From: a bacterium | GTDB lineage: Bacteria; Patescibacteriota; Microgenomatia; Curtissbacterales; GWA2-41-24 | DNA length: 64,000 bases | Direction of reading: 5' to 3' | Assembly (NCBI GenBank): GCA_021813945.1 | Contig: JAKAJD010000001.1 | Coordinates: 270,742-334,741, forward strand | Part shown: positions 8,344-17,460 of the stretch, one piece after another | Layout: every line of letters starts with the position of its first letter | How positions within the stretch are numbered: the first letter of the stretch is position 1 | Notes under the pieces: model-generated | What the model was told of the DNA's origin: nothing | The model's input: the letters and a program-made list of their open reading frames with translations, nothing else | Database searches by the model: none | Made by a program: the position numbers and the translations under genes

Positions 8344-8838
8344 TTAACTGGTTTGGGTTCCTGGAAGCGGAGGTGTCCCAAATTGGTCTACGATTGCCCT
8401 TGTTAAATCCGCACCTATTTTCCCTGCGTTTATCTCACCTTGAATGGCGCCCATAATTTCTGTCATATGTCGACTGTTAACATCTCGAAGTGGAACAGCG
8501 CCTGCGCCTACGGCACCCATATTTGCTTCATATGCCAGCTTTGTGATGCCTTTTTCATCACCAAAATTAGAAGAAACAAGAAATACCGGTATCCCTTTTT
8601 CCGTTATTTCCCTAATAAGTGGGGTTAGCTTTGTCGGTACTGCGCCTGTCGCATAAGTTTCTAAAATAACCGCCTTAGGCTGTGCAGATAGAGTTGCATC
8701 GAATAAGCCTCTTGCCAAAGCTTCGTTACTTAAAGAAGGATTTACGGCAATTAAACCAAGATCCGGAAATTCAGTTGGACTTGTTTCCGTTGTTTCAATA
8801 GAATCCTCAGGCATATAGCTATTATAGCCAATTTCCAA
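8344..8838 (-). CDS. Asparaginase/GatD C-terminal-domain-like protein (domain-only; possible gene remnant)
   Basis: 164 aa. 'AVILETYATGAVP', 'GIPVFLVSS' and 'MGAVGAGAVP' resemble the C-terminal lobe of type I/II L-asparaginase or GatD. The N-terminal catalytic lobe (Thr motif) is absent. The segment is GC-rich and sits next to tRNA-Lys. Confidence 0.35.
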   Translation of the reverse strand: MEIGYNSYMPEDSIETTETSPTEFPDLGLIAVNPSLSNEALARGLFDATLSAQPKAVILETYATGAVPTKLTPLIREITEKGIPVFLVSSNFGDEKGITKLAYEANMGAVGAGAVPLRDVNSRHMTEIMGAIQGEINAGKIGADLTRAIVDQFGTPPLPGTQTS

Positions 8839-8914
8839 AATACTTTATTGTAATTACCTTTCTAAATCGCCTAATATTATTACAAACTAAAAACAAGACC
8901 GGTTAATTTAAATA

Positions 8915-10456
8915 ATGAAAAAAAGCGCAATCATCAGTAAAATTATTGAGTTTTTATTTTGGCCGGGATTAATTTTTCACCTTTATACGGCTTCTTATTA
9001 TGCCCTAAAGGGTGAACTTAACTTTCAAACTGATATTGGCCGCGACTTTTTACTTTTCGAAGAGATACTCCAGAAAAAAATCGTTCTTATTGGTGGACGC
9101 ACGAGTGCTGCAGGGCTGTTTCATGGACCCTTGTGGTCCTATATCAATTTTCCAGTTTTTTGGCTTAGTCGCGGGAACCCCGTTGCACAAGAATGGTTTT
9201 GGTTATTTCTAATTGTTCTTTTTTTATTTTTTTCTTTCCAAATATGTAAAGATCTTTTTGGAAAAACTTCAGCCTTCATTTTCGTGTTGCTTACATCTTC
9301 TTTTTTGGCTTTTTGGGCCAAAGAATTTACACATCCCCACGCGGCATTTCTTCTAATGCCGTTTTTCTTCTATACCCTTATAAAATATACGGAAAATTTC
9401 AAAATAAAATGGCTCATTTATCATGTCCTTCTTTCTGGATTCATAGTCCAGCTGGAAGTTGCAGCCGGCGGACCGTTTTTAGTACTTTCATATCTTTATA
9501 TTCTTTTCAAACAATACAAGCAAAAACACATTAATCAGGCGCTTGGCTTCCTGGTAATTCTATTACCCCTCTCGCCATACATTTTGTTTGACCTTAAACA
9601 CAATTTTTTTCAAATTAAGAATTTAATTGTCTACGTACTGCCACATCCAAAAGAACACTACGTGGGGTTATCAAATATCCTAACCGACAGGCTAAATTAT
9701 GCAACAACCTTTGCGGTTCCACTTCTTCATAACTTAGGCCAACTAAAGTTATTAAACATTTTCTTTGCCCTTGTATTTCTAATTTTGACAATTTTAAGAT
9801 TGCAAGAAAAAAAGATCGGGCGGATTTACTGGGTATTTCTTTATTTTTTCTTTGGCTATTTCATAATAAGCCTTTTAAGCCGTTATTATCTTTTGACTCA
9901 AGATTTCTTGCCATTGGTGTCAGTCGTTTTTATGATTTTTGCGTCACTTTCCCAACCTAAATTTGCAAAAACATTTTTGGTCATGTTTCTAGTTGTTTAT
10001 ACTCTTAACATTTACGCCGGGACAAGATATCTAAGCGAATCAAAAAAAACAATGTCTTCCAGCCTAACATCCTGGAGGATTCTATCAAAAATATCCCAAG
10101 ACACATTTAGCGGCCCCGAAAACGAATTTGGATATTTTGTATATTCCCCAGACAAGCTGTCTTATTCGGCAAAGTATGCTCTTGTTTATGGAAGCTTAAA
10201 CAGCAGAAAAAAAGCTTATTATTTTGAAAAAAAACCCGTAACTTATGTCATAAGTGAAGCACCGGCTTACAACGATCCATGGGCAAAAAACTTCACCGAT
10301 GTCTGGTGGATCAAAAACTCAATAAAAATTAAGCCGGAGCCAGAACTTATCATTCATTACAAAAACGGCTACGAGCTAAAAAAATATAATTTAACTCCAG
10401 ACGAGATCAATATACCCTGGGACAAGCAGGAAGACACAGGCCTTCATTTCAGATAG
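8915..10456 (+). CDS. Polytopic membrane protein, GT39/ArnT-like glycosyltransferase family (paralog of 284..1783)
   Basis: 513 aa. 'GGRTSAAGLFHGPLWSY' aligns with 'GPPTDIPGFFHGPLYLY' of ORF 284. Multiple TM helices and a similar C-terminal soluble domain. Confidence 0.5.
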   Translation: MKKSAIISKIIEFLFWPGLIFHLYTASYYALKGELNFQTDIGRDFLLFEEILQKKIVLIGGRTSAAGLFHGPLWSYINFPVFWLSRGNPVAQEWFWLFLIVLFLFFSFQICKDLFGKTSAFIFVLLTSSFLAFWAKEFTHPHAAFLLMPFFFYTLIKYTENFKIKWLIYHVLLSGFIVQLEVAAGGPFLVLSYLYILFKQYKQKHINQALGFLVILLPLSPYILFDLKHNFFQIKNLIVYVLPHPKEHYVGLSNILTDRLNYATTFAVPLLHNLGQLKLLNIFFALVFLILTILRLQEKKIGRIYWVFLYFFFGYFIISLLSRYYLLTQDFLPLVSVVFMIFASLSQPKFAKTFLVMFLVVYTLNIYAGTRYLSESKKTMSSSLTSWRILSKISQDTFSGPENEFGYFVYSPDKLSYSAKYALVYGSLNSRKKAYYFEKKPVTYVISEAPAYNDPWAKNFTDVWWIKNSIKIKPEPELIIHYKNGYELKKYNLTPDEINIPWDKQEDTGLHFR

Positions 10457-10496
10457 TTTATTGAAACTTGGCCTCTTAATCGCCTAACATTATATT

Positions 10497-11093
10497 ATGG
10501 AAGGACAGCAGGCAGCCGGTTTTCGCTTTAAAAAATTTCTGTTCAATCGGGCCCTTCGAATTCTACTTATCACCAACGGACTAATCCTTCTGGCAAGCGC
10601 CATGTTAGGTCCAATCTATGCCTTATATGTGCAAAAGGTTGGGGGAGATCTTTTGGATGCAAGCTTGGCAGGAAGTATTTTTGCCTTCATTGCCGGCTTA
10701 ACGGTTCTTCTTTCCGGCAAATATTCAGACAAGTTGCCTCAAAAGAAACTTGTTGTAGTCATGGGTTATATCATAATCGGTCTCGGTTTTTTACTCTACA
10801 CAAAGGTCAACTCAATAAAATTTTTGCTTTTAGTCCAAGTAATCATCGGTTTTGGCGATGCAATCTATAACGCACCTTTTGACGCTCTATATTCCGAACA
10901 TCTGGACGAAGGAAAAGATGGAACCGAATGGGGGACTTGGGAGGCCATGAACTACTTTGCAACCGCGGCCGGAGCCTTAATTGGGGGAGTCTTGGTCACC
11001 AAATTCGGCTTTACCCCTCTTTTTGTAATAATGGCCATAATGTGCTTTTCAAGCGCTTTTTACGTCTATTTTCTGCCTAAACGCATTCTTTAA
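10497..11093 (+). CDS. Half-size MFS-like transporter (6 TM) / possible truncated MFS
   Basis: 198 aa and 6 predicted TM helices. The pattern 'GKYSDKLPQKK' resembles the MFS motif A loop. The length is half that of canonical 12-TM MFS proteins. Confidence 0.4.
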   Translation: MEGQQAAGFRFKKFLFNRALRILLITNGLILLASAMLGPIYALYVQKVGGDLLDASLAGSIFAFIAGLTVLLSGKYSDKLPQKKLVVVMGYIIIGLGFLLYTKVNSIKFLLLVQVIIGFGDAIYNAPFDALYSEHLDEGKDGTEWGTWEAMNYFATAAGALIGGVLVTKFGFTPLFVIMAIMCFSSAFYVYFLPKRIL

Positions 11094-11145
11094 CTCACAT
11101 AACCTTGCGCAAACCTTCCTTTATGTGGTATTATCAAAATCTGCT

Positions 11146-11172
11146 CGTTTTTTGTGATAAATCACAAAAAAA
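11146..11172. promoter_or_regulatory. Perfect AT-rich palindrome TTTTTTGTGAT-AA-ATCACAAAAAA (operator-like)
   Basis: 11-bp arms read directly in the sequence. The TGTGAT/ATCACA half-sites resemble CRP/FNR-type half-sites, but the spacing is non-canonical. Confidence 0.3.
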
Positions 11173-11178
11173 TGAGGA

Positions 11179-11211
11179 CCCAAACAATTAACCGTTTGGG
11201 ATTTTATTTTT
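11179..11211 (+). terminator. Rho-independent terminator candidate (after MFS-like gene)
   Basis: Stem CCCAAAC / GTTTGGG (7 bp) with an 8-nt loop, followed by ATTTTATTTTT. Confidence 0.45.
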
Positions 11212-11214
11212 AAA

Positions 11215-11646
11215 ATGTCAGAACGCGAACTAAGCACAGGTCAAGTAGATCAAGGTCCATATCGTGGACATTACCGCATGCAAACACGAATGCCCGATGG
11301 AAGCACTAGGCATTCCGTCTTGTTGGGCAATTCAGGGAATGGTACGCCAGAATCCGGTTCCGCCGAAGAGCTAAGACGCATTGTGGAAAGATACCGACTA
11401 ATTGGAATTGAAGTCCACATCGAAAACGAAGCTGACATGGCCCGAACCACCAGGCGAGATGGGGTGGGATTCAAAGAAAAACCTCCTGCAGAAGCAGGAA
11501 GATATAGTGTCTGGGCAGTAGAATCTCAAGCAACTTTGGCACATCTTGAATGGTTAAAAATTAATCGACATACGAGATCCCCTAGAATAGAACATCCAGC
11601 ACAAAATGTATTCAAAATGCAAAGACATTCGCGTTCACAGATCTAA
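11215..11646 (+). CDS. Hypothetical protein (GC-rich ORF, doubtful)
   Basis: 143-aa open frame in a markedly GC-rich segment. It starts 4 nt after the terminator T-tract and has no RBS. No motif recognised. Confidence 0.25.
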   Translation: MSERELSTGQVDQGPYRGHYRMQTRMPDGSTRHSVLLGNSGNGTPESGSAEELRRIVERYRLIGIEVHIENEADMARTTRRDGVGFKEKPPAEAGRYSVWAVESQATLAHLEWLKINRHTRSPRIEHPAQNVFKMQRHSRSQI

Positions 11647-12585
11647 AGCTGGATGAGAAACTTTTATCCCGTATTTGGCAAAGCCGTAATCTAAAAGCTC
11701 TTTCATTTCGCCTCTGCGGTTATCACTTCCAAGAATCACACCCAAAAGCTTAACCCCTTTGTTCTCTGCATATGTGGCCAGACACAAGCCGGCTTCCCAG
11801 GTAAATCCGGGTTTTATGCCTTTTACTCCGGGATACGTAGTCAATAAATTTGTTTCGTTATAAAGGTCAAAAGCTTTATGGGTATCTGTTGCATCAATTG
11901 CATAGTGTTCTGTTGAGACAACCTGCCTAAATTTTTCGAAATTTTGCATAGCATAATGGGAAAGCACCGCAAGGTCATAAGCTGTTGAATAGGGGTTCCT
12001 GCCGTCTTCGTCTAAACCGGAAGCATTGATAAAGCGGGTATCACTCATCCCCAGTAGGCGTGCCTTTTCATTCATTTTAGAAACAAAGGCATCTTCCGAC
12101 CCCGAAACTCCCTCCGCGATAGTCACTGCCGCGTCGTTTCCAGATGGAAGCATCAATCCATACAAAAGCTCATCTACTGCCAACTTTTCTCCTGCGCTAA
12201 GCCCCATACTGTCCTCGCCAACAGTTGCTGCTTTTTGGGAAACTTCAAAAACCGCATCATCTTTAGACGAAGAAAGCGCAACAAGAGCCGTCATAATCTT
12301 GGTTAGCGAAGCAATGGGCGCACGGCTCTGGATATTTTTAGCATAAACTATTTCACCAGTGTCAAAATTTACCAAAATCGCCGAATTTGCACTCAGATTT
12401 AATGGTGAATCGGCCCTAAAGTTAAACGTAGACTTTTTAGGAAACCAGTTGTTGGTTAACTGGGTAGAACTTGCGCCAAACACTTTAGGGATTGGAGAGG
12501 TGAAAGAAAAATCAGAACCTTTATAAAAGTAAAAAGCCGCTAATATACCGGCCAATAACAAAAAAAAGGCAAAAATCCTACCCAT
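11635..12585 (-). CDS. D-alanyl-D-alanine carboxypeptidase (peptidase S11, PBP5/DacA-like)
   Basis: SxxK 'ASLTKIMTAL' and SxN 'LPSGNDAAV' motifs. N-terminal signal anchor. 316 aa. Confidence 0.8.
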   Translation of the reverse strand: MGRIFAFFLLLAGILAAFYFYKGSDFSFTSPIPKVFGASSTQLTNNWFPKKSTFNFRADSPLNLSANSAILVNFDTGEIVYAKNIQSRAPIASLTKIMTALVALSSSKDDAVFEVSQKAATVGEDSMGLSAGEKLAVDELLYGLMLPSGNDAAVTIAEGVSGSEDAFVSKMNEKARLLGMSDTRFINASGLDEDGRNPYSTAYDLAVLSHYAMQNFEKFRQVVSTEHYAIDATDTHKAFDLYNETNLLTTYPGVKGIKPGFTWEAGLCLATYAENKGVKLLGVILGSDNRRGEMKELLDYGFAKYGIKVSHPALDL

Positions 12586-12599
12586 AACTCTATTTTACT

Positions 12600-13841
12600 T
12601 TAGGCGTTGGGGTTTATCAAAAAGCCTTTCATGTCTTCTCTGCCAATGATCACCTTATACATCATATGTGATCGTTCCGTCACAGTCGCCACGGTTTTAA
12701 CCTTTTTTCCCGCGATCATATATTGTAGGTTGACAGCACTTCTTAGCTGCTCTCCATTTGCGGCCCGAATCAAAATTTTATGCGGCAAAATCGGCAGTTT
12801 CAAATCACGAACAATTGACCAGTCAATTGCCGTTCTTAAGGCACCCGAATCGACTTTGGCATCGTAAGTCTTGTTACCATATTCCCCCAAAATCGTAATT
12901 GGCTCAACCAAAGAAAGCATGGTTGGCGAAACTCCAACTTTTTCTAGGTTCTCCTCAGCAAAAAGCGATTGTGAAAGTTCAACTCCGCGGTCGATATTGG
13001 CAACATTGATGTTTTCTACCCGCTCGAGTCTGGACCTGAGCGAATCCAAATTTGCATTTTGAATTTCAAGGCCAGGCCGGGCATTTATTTCCAAAACCAA
13101 AGGACCCCGGTTTGCATCTAATACTATATCCACACCGCAATAACCTAAGCCTTCGATAACGTCTTGCGCCTTAGCTGCAAGCCTAAGCATGTTTGCCCAA
13201 TTTGGAAGTTTTATTCCACGCGTCTTAATTCCAGTTCCAGGTATCTTTTTAACCTCTTTTCCTTTCAAAACAGCATGCTTTGTGATACCAGTTCGAAGAT
13301 CAATCCCGACACCTATTGCACCTAAGTGCAAATTGGCGGTTCCCCGTGATTCAACAGTGGGAATTCGAAGCATAGCCATAACAGGAATTCTTCTAAGCAA
13401 AACGACACGTATATCAGCAAGCCCCACGGCCACGAATTTTTTGAAAAACTTGTCCTGTACAACTCTTTCTTCTAGATATGCCTTATCCGGCAAATCCTGT
13501 AACGAATAAACCCCCTCAAAAATGTCAAAGATATGCGATTCCAACTCGTCCTTCGTGTAAATTTCTCCCGATACTGTTGTTCCCATATCCTTTTTCCAAC
13601 TGCGAAAAACCAGTATCCCTTCACCGCCATAACCTCTTGCCGGCTTAACTACAAAACCTTCCTCCGGAAGCTTCCAATCGAATGATCTAATTGCCGAACG
13701 TGTGTTAAAGGCTTTTATAAGCCGTGTTGTTGCTATACCGTCTTTTATAAGAAGCCTTTTAGTTCTAAGTTTGTTGTCTGCCGCTTTTTTGGCAACGCTT
13801 GTGTTATAGCGCCGGACATATAAAAAATTGCGGGCATTCAT
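12600..13841 (-). CDS. RimK-like ATP-grasp amidoligase fused to C-terminal retropepsin-like ('ATP-dependent zinc protease'/DUF785) domain
   Basis: N-terminal 'MNARNFLYVRRYN...VVKPARGYGGEGILVF' is an ATP-grasp fold. C-terminal 'AKVDSGALRTAIDW' carries the aspartyl-protease D-S/T-G-A signature. The start was placed at the ATG 'MNARNF' with a GAGG RBS; the ORF track extends to 13895. Confidence 0.6.
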   Translation of the reverse strand: MNARNFLYVRRYNTSVAKKAADNKLRTKRLLIKDGIATTRLIKAFNTRSAIRSFDWKLPEEGFVVKPARGYGGEGILVFRSWKKDMGTTVSGEIYTKDELESHIFDIFEGVYSLQDLPDKAYLEERVVQDKFFKKFVAVGLADIRVVLLRRIPVMAMLRIPTVESRGTANLHLGAIGVGIDLRTGITKHAVLKGKEVKKIPGTGIKTRGIKLPNWANMLRLAAKAQDVIEGLGYCGVDIVLDANRGPLVLEINARPGLEIQNANLDSLRSRLERVENINVANIDRGVELSQSLFAEENLEKVGVSPTMLSLVEPITILGEYGNKTYDAKVDSGALRTAIDWSIVRDLKLPILPHKILIRAANGEQLRSAVNLQYMIAGKKVKTVATVTERSHMMYKVIIGREDMKGFLINPNA

Positions 13842-13854
13842 GCCCAAGGCGCCT

Positions 13855-14784
13855 CTACTTACTGCCATTTTTCCTAACCTGAGAAAAACGAACAAATTCC
13901 GTCAGTCTCAATCCGAAATATCTTCCTATAAGAAGGTTTACAGGAATAAGAAGAAGGATAAATTCCGGATAGAGAAGTACGCCATGGCTTAGCTTTGTTG
14001 ACGTCAAAATCAAAAAGCCGGTAATACCCAAAATCAAAGTTACAGATGTAATAAAAACGGTCTCTCTTAAGCTGCGCGCAAGTTGAAGCGACATTATCCG
14101 CTCGCCTAAAAGCACCAAAATCAAAATCGGAAAAATTGAAATCTGCTTTACAACCAAAATTCCGGAGGCCGCAGAAACAGTCAAAGTCAAAAAGACAAAG
14201 ATTGCAACAATAAGAACAGAAAGAGCTTTCTTGGGAACCTGCATAATTCTAACGCTTTTTAAAATAATGCGGCCTATTACGGAAGCTAAAATAATAGAAA
14301 ACAATAAAATTCCACCGGCAGTAAGCCCTGTTGAAACCAACGTCACCGAAAGCGCAATGGGAACTATCATATCCAAACTTGGCAAACCGATGAGATGCCT
14401 GAAGAAGGCCACAATCGTTGCCAAAACTGGCAGCAGAAGAATCAGCATCACGGTATTGGCGGGAATGCCAACTTGCACTGCGTATTGAACCGTGAAGGCA
14501 ATAAAGTTGAAAGGGGAAAGCCGCGAAATAGGCCTTTTTTCAAAAAGTTTTGCAAAATCTTCCGAAGATTCCTGTGGGTTTGTAATATCCATCGGTTTTA
14601 TCTGGTCAACAGGTAGCCCAAAAGCACTGGCGGATGCTTCAGGCGTTGGTTGATTCGAGACAGTAAGTCCCGAAGGGCTCGGGCTAGAACTCACAACTGC
14701 TGTGCTCAATGCGTACGCAGGTCTCAAGGCAAGGTAAAAAAGAACCGTTACCGCAAAAAAAGCAACAATTTTTTTCAATCTCAT
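13855..14784 (-). CDS. 7-TM membrane protein partner of the ATP-grasp/retropepsin protein
   Basis: Signal peptide 'MRLKKIVAFFAVTVLFYLALRPAYA', a Ser/Pro-rich linker, then about 7 TM helices. It is immediately upstream of the ATP-grasp gene on the same strand. The ORF track start at 14862 uses TTG. Confidence 0.5.
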   Translation of the reverse strand: MRLKKIVAFFAVTVLFYLALRPAYALSTAVVSSSPSPSGLTVSNQPTPEASASAFGLPVDQIKPMDITNPQESSEDFAKLFEKRPISRLSPFNFIAFTVQYAVQVGIPANTVMLILLLPVLATIVAFFRHLIGLPSLDMIVPIALSVTLVSTGLTAGGILLFSIILASVIGRIILKSVRIMQVPKKALSVLIVAIFVFLTLTVSAASGILVVKQISIFPILILVLLGERIMSLQLARSLRETVFITSVTLILGITGFLILTSTKLSHGVLLYPEFILLLIPVNLLIGRYFGLRLTEFVRFSQVRKNGSK

Positions 14785-14809
14785 TTGCCAAAGTATATCA
14801 AAAAACAGT

Positions 14810-15898
14810 CTAAATCTCCTCAGTCCTGCGGTAAAGGATTTTTGAATGGGAAAAAGAAGCAATTGTCAAGGAAATCTTAGCAAGATAATCTGAAACAGCC
14901 AAAACCAAAACAAAAAGCACAAAAGTCCAGACAAGCGAAAGCGGATGTATATACGTTGAAAAAACCCTCAGAACCAAAGTGTGTGCCAGATATGTTACAT
15001 ACGATCTTTGCCCCACCCTTACCAGGCCGTCATGGATTCTTTTTGGAAGATGCCTAAAGTAATCAAGGCCAGACATGAACGTTAAGAGTGAAAGTCCCGC
15101 ATAAGACAAAACAACAAGTCTCGTTGATCTTGTAGCTACAGTTAAATTAGAAAGTACACTAGCTAATCTGAACGTGTTTTGGGCTTCCAAAATTAACCCT
15201 AAAACAGCCAAAGAAAATATTACCCAAAAATATTTTTTTAAATTCGCAATTACTTTAGTTTCCACCGCCAAATAAATACCCAAAACAAAATAGAAAATCC
15301 AAGTGCCAAAAAATAAATATTGCTGTTGGTCATTCAAAAAAATCGGCAATTTTATGTTTCCTTGCGAGAACTGGGATAAAACATAATAAAATGCCGTCTG
15401 CCACAAGATAATCAAAATTAGAGTTACATTAGCCTGTTTTTTGATAAAAAACATTAAAAAGGGAAAGATCAAATATAGCGAAAATATCATCGGCACAAAG
15501 TACAAGTGGTAATCAGCTTTTCCTAAAAAGATAACTTTCCACAGTGGAAAATAAGGTGCCGATTGGCCGAAAACGCTGAGCCTTATGTAAAAATAAACAG
15601 CGGCCGACCAAAAAAAATACCACGGTAAAAGGCGAAGCAGCCTTTTTTTAAAAAACTCGAAGGCGGAAATCGGCCTGTTTTTATACCTCAAAGTCAGCGT
15701 ATATCCCGAAAGAAAAACAAAAAGGGGAACAGAGAAGCGGCTAAACTGGTCTAAAACAATATATATCTTAAAAAGTAGAGAGCTCCAAGGTAAATTGTAT
15801 AAAGCGCCGCTTATAGTGTGGATTAAAACAACCGCAATTATTGCAAAGGCCCTTAAAATATCAAGGCCGGATATTCTTTCACTTTCCGGCTTTTGCAT
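14810..15898 (-). CDS. Acyltransferase family 3 (OafA/OatA-like membrane O-acyltransferase)
   Basis: 362 aa, 10-11 TM helices. N-terminal 'LDILRAFAIIAVVLIHT' is typical of Acyl_transf_3. Confidence 0.7.
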   Translation of the reverse strand: MQKPESERISGLDILRAFAIIAVVLIHTISGALYNLPWSSLLFKIYIVLDQFSRFSVPLFVFLSGYTLTLRYKNRPISAFEFFKKRLLRLLPWYFFWSAAVYFYIRLSVFGQSAPYFPLWKVIFLGKADYHLYFVPMIFSLYLIFPFLMFFIKKQANVTLILIILWQTAFYYVLSQFSQGNIKLPIFLNDQQQYLFFGTWIFYFVLGIYLAVETKVIANLKKYFWVIFSLAVLGLILEAQNTFRLASVLSNLTVATRSTRLVVLSYAGLSLLTFMSGLDYFRHLPKRIHDGLVRVGQRSYVTYLAHTLVLRVFSTYIHPLSLVWTFVLFVLVLAVSDYLAKISLTIASFSHSKILYRRTEEI

Positions 15899-16208
15899 CA
15901 GAAAGGTCCTGTTTAAGATCCCGTTTTAAAGTTTCGGAGACGTTTTTTATCTTATCTTCTATTTTTTCGATATTTTTGACCAAGTGGTTCCATGTACGCT
16001 CATTTGTATCGTAATTTACATTTGCCAAAAATACTTTCTTCTCACGGTCGGAAAGTTCCGAAAGTACGGCCTCAAGTATTGTTTGGTGAAGCTCATACCT
16101 TGCCATGTCAGCAAGCTTTTTCTTTTCTATGTCTGATACATCTAATGCGTCGATTTCAGCTTCAATCCATTCCAAATCCAAAATTTCGTGGTAAAAGTAT
16201 TTTTTCAT
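15879..16208 (-). CDS. Hypothetical cytoplasmic protein
   Basis: 109 aa, charged, helical. It overlaps the acyltransferase start by 20 nt. Confidence 0.4.
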   Translation of the reverse strand: MKKYFYHEILDLEWIEAEIDALDVSDIEKKKLADMARYELHQTILEAVLSELSDREKKVFLANVNYDTNERTWNHLVKNIEKIEDKIKNVSETLKRDLKQDLSDAKAGK

Positions 16209-17096
16209 CTATATTGGTCCAAGTGGAATTGTATCATTTGGGTCGTCAATAAAATAATATAAAACAGCTCCTTTGCGCATGCCGTGCTGCAAACCCAAAT
16301 AGGCCATTACTTCGGGTGATCCGCCTAAATGCTTTCCCGTCCACTGCGCAGGCCCTGCATCAGCGATATCGGTTACAACCGCCTGTCCTGTTTTGGGATT
16401 TACAACAAGCATTTTGCGGTATTTAAAAAATTGGCTCATTTCGCGGGTATTTGTTAGATACCCCGGAGCGTCAAAAGTTTGAACAGCAATGTACCATTTT
16501 TCACGATCTGCATCTTTCTGAGTAAATAGCAACTGGGAAGGTGCAAAATAACCCCAGGCGCCTAAACCCGGAGCCATTCCTGAGGGGTAAAACAGTCGGT
16601 TATCATTGGCGTCAGGCCCTAAATGCCCACCCATGCCATCACCCGGATATCTGGCCAAATGCTGTTCTGCTCCGATATAACCGTAGCTTCTGTTAAGCCT
16701 TTTACCGTCAAGACTTGCGGAAACACTCATTTGAAATTGGTCTGAAAGTATTTTCCCAATAGATTCTTCTTCCACAGGCGTAAGCGGACGCATTTCATTG
16801 GGAAGCACTGATTTTAATGCAGAAGAAAATTCCGGAGTTTTGTTAGATGCTATAACCTCCTTGGGCTTGGCAAGCTCTGTTGAAATAGTACCAGCCTCCG
16901 CAGTAGTACCTGGGAGGGTATTTGCAAGCATTAACGCACCCACAGCTCCGGAAGCCAGTTTTTCTTTAGCCGGAATTTTTTCACCGATCCATACTAACGC
17001 GTCCTTGTGCTTAGTCCAAAGCTTTTCGTTGATAGCTTTATGGCGCTTCTGCCACTTTTTCGAAAGAGTTAAGTATTTCTTTGAAGATTTGGGCAC
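16209..17096 (-). CDS. RlpA-like / DPBB (double-psi beta-barrel) domain protein, putative peptidoglycan-binding lytic enzyme
   Basis: C-terminal 'KMLVVNPKTGQAVVTDIADAGP...GGSPEVMAYLG' resembles the RlpA/expansin DPBB core 'V.V.DRGP...IDLS.AA...LG'. Confidence 0.4.
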   Translation of the reverse strand: MPKSSKKYLTLSKKWQKRHKAINEKLWTKHKDALVWIGEKIPAKEKLASGAVGALMLANTLPGTTAEAGTISTELAKPKEVIASNKTPEFSSALKSVLPNEMRPLTPVEEESIGKILSDQFQMSVSASLDGKRLNRSYGYIGAEQHLARYPGDGMGGHLGPDANDNRLFYPSGMAPGLGAWGYFAPSQLLFTQKDADREKWYIAVQTFDAPGYLTNTREMSQFFKYRKMLVVNPKTGQAVVTDIADAGPAQWTGKHLGGSPEVMAYLGLQHGMRKGAVLYYFIDDPNDTIPLGPI

Positions 17097-17143
17097 AACC
17101 TAGTATATACAAAAACATTTATTAAATACTAGGAAATTAGAGT

Positions 17144-17374
17144 TCAGTCAGCCTTGTTTTCTTCACCTGCTTGATGCACTACATTTGCCTCAAACACAGA
17201 TGATACTCCACGCCGGCCGTTTGACCTGGCTATTGACCTACTCAAACCTTCGGCAAGGCTTCTTGTAATAGATACCTGCCCGCTCGGTACATTTCCTTCA
17301 CTCTCCCAGTCTCCAACAGCGAACTGAGACTGAGTGTCATACTCAGGAACATAACCATCTCTTTCGTTATGCAT
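17144..17374 (-). CDS. Hypothetical small protein (doubtful)
   Basis: 76-aa ORF with no motif. It lies in an intergenic stretch. Confidence 0.2.
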   Translation of the reverse strand: MHNERDGYVPEYDTQSQFAVGDWESEGNVPSGQVSITRSLAEGLSRSIARSNGRRGVSSVFEANVVHQAGEENKAD

Positions 17375-17460
17375 ATTACGGGTAATTTAAAACAATTGAA
17401 ACTTATGGTCAAATTTTCACACTATTTGTACAATTTACGATAATTTGTTAAGATTCCAAC

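Noticed and set aside
11146-11172. Interpreting the TGTGAT-AA-ATCACA palindrome as a canonical CRP site or as the intrinsic terminator
   Set aside because: The half-site spacing (N2-N4) does not fit the CRP TGTGA-N6-TCACA. The all-A/T stem is too weak for a terminator, and a proper GC-containing terminator follows 10 nt later.
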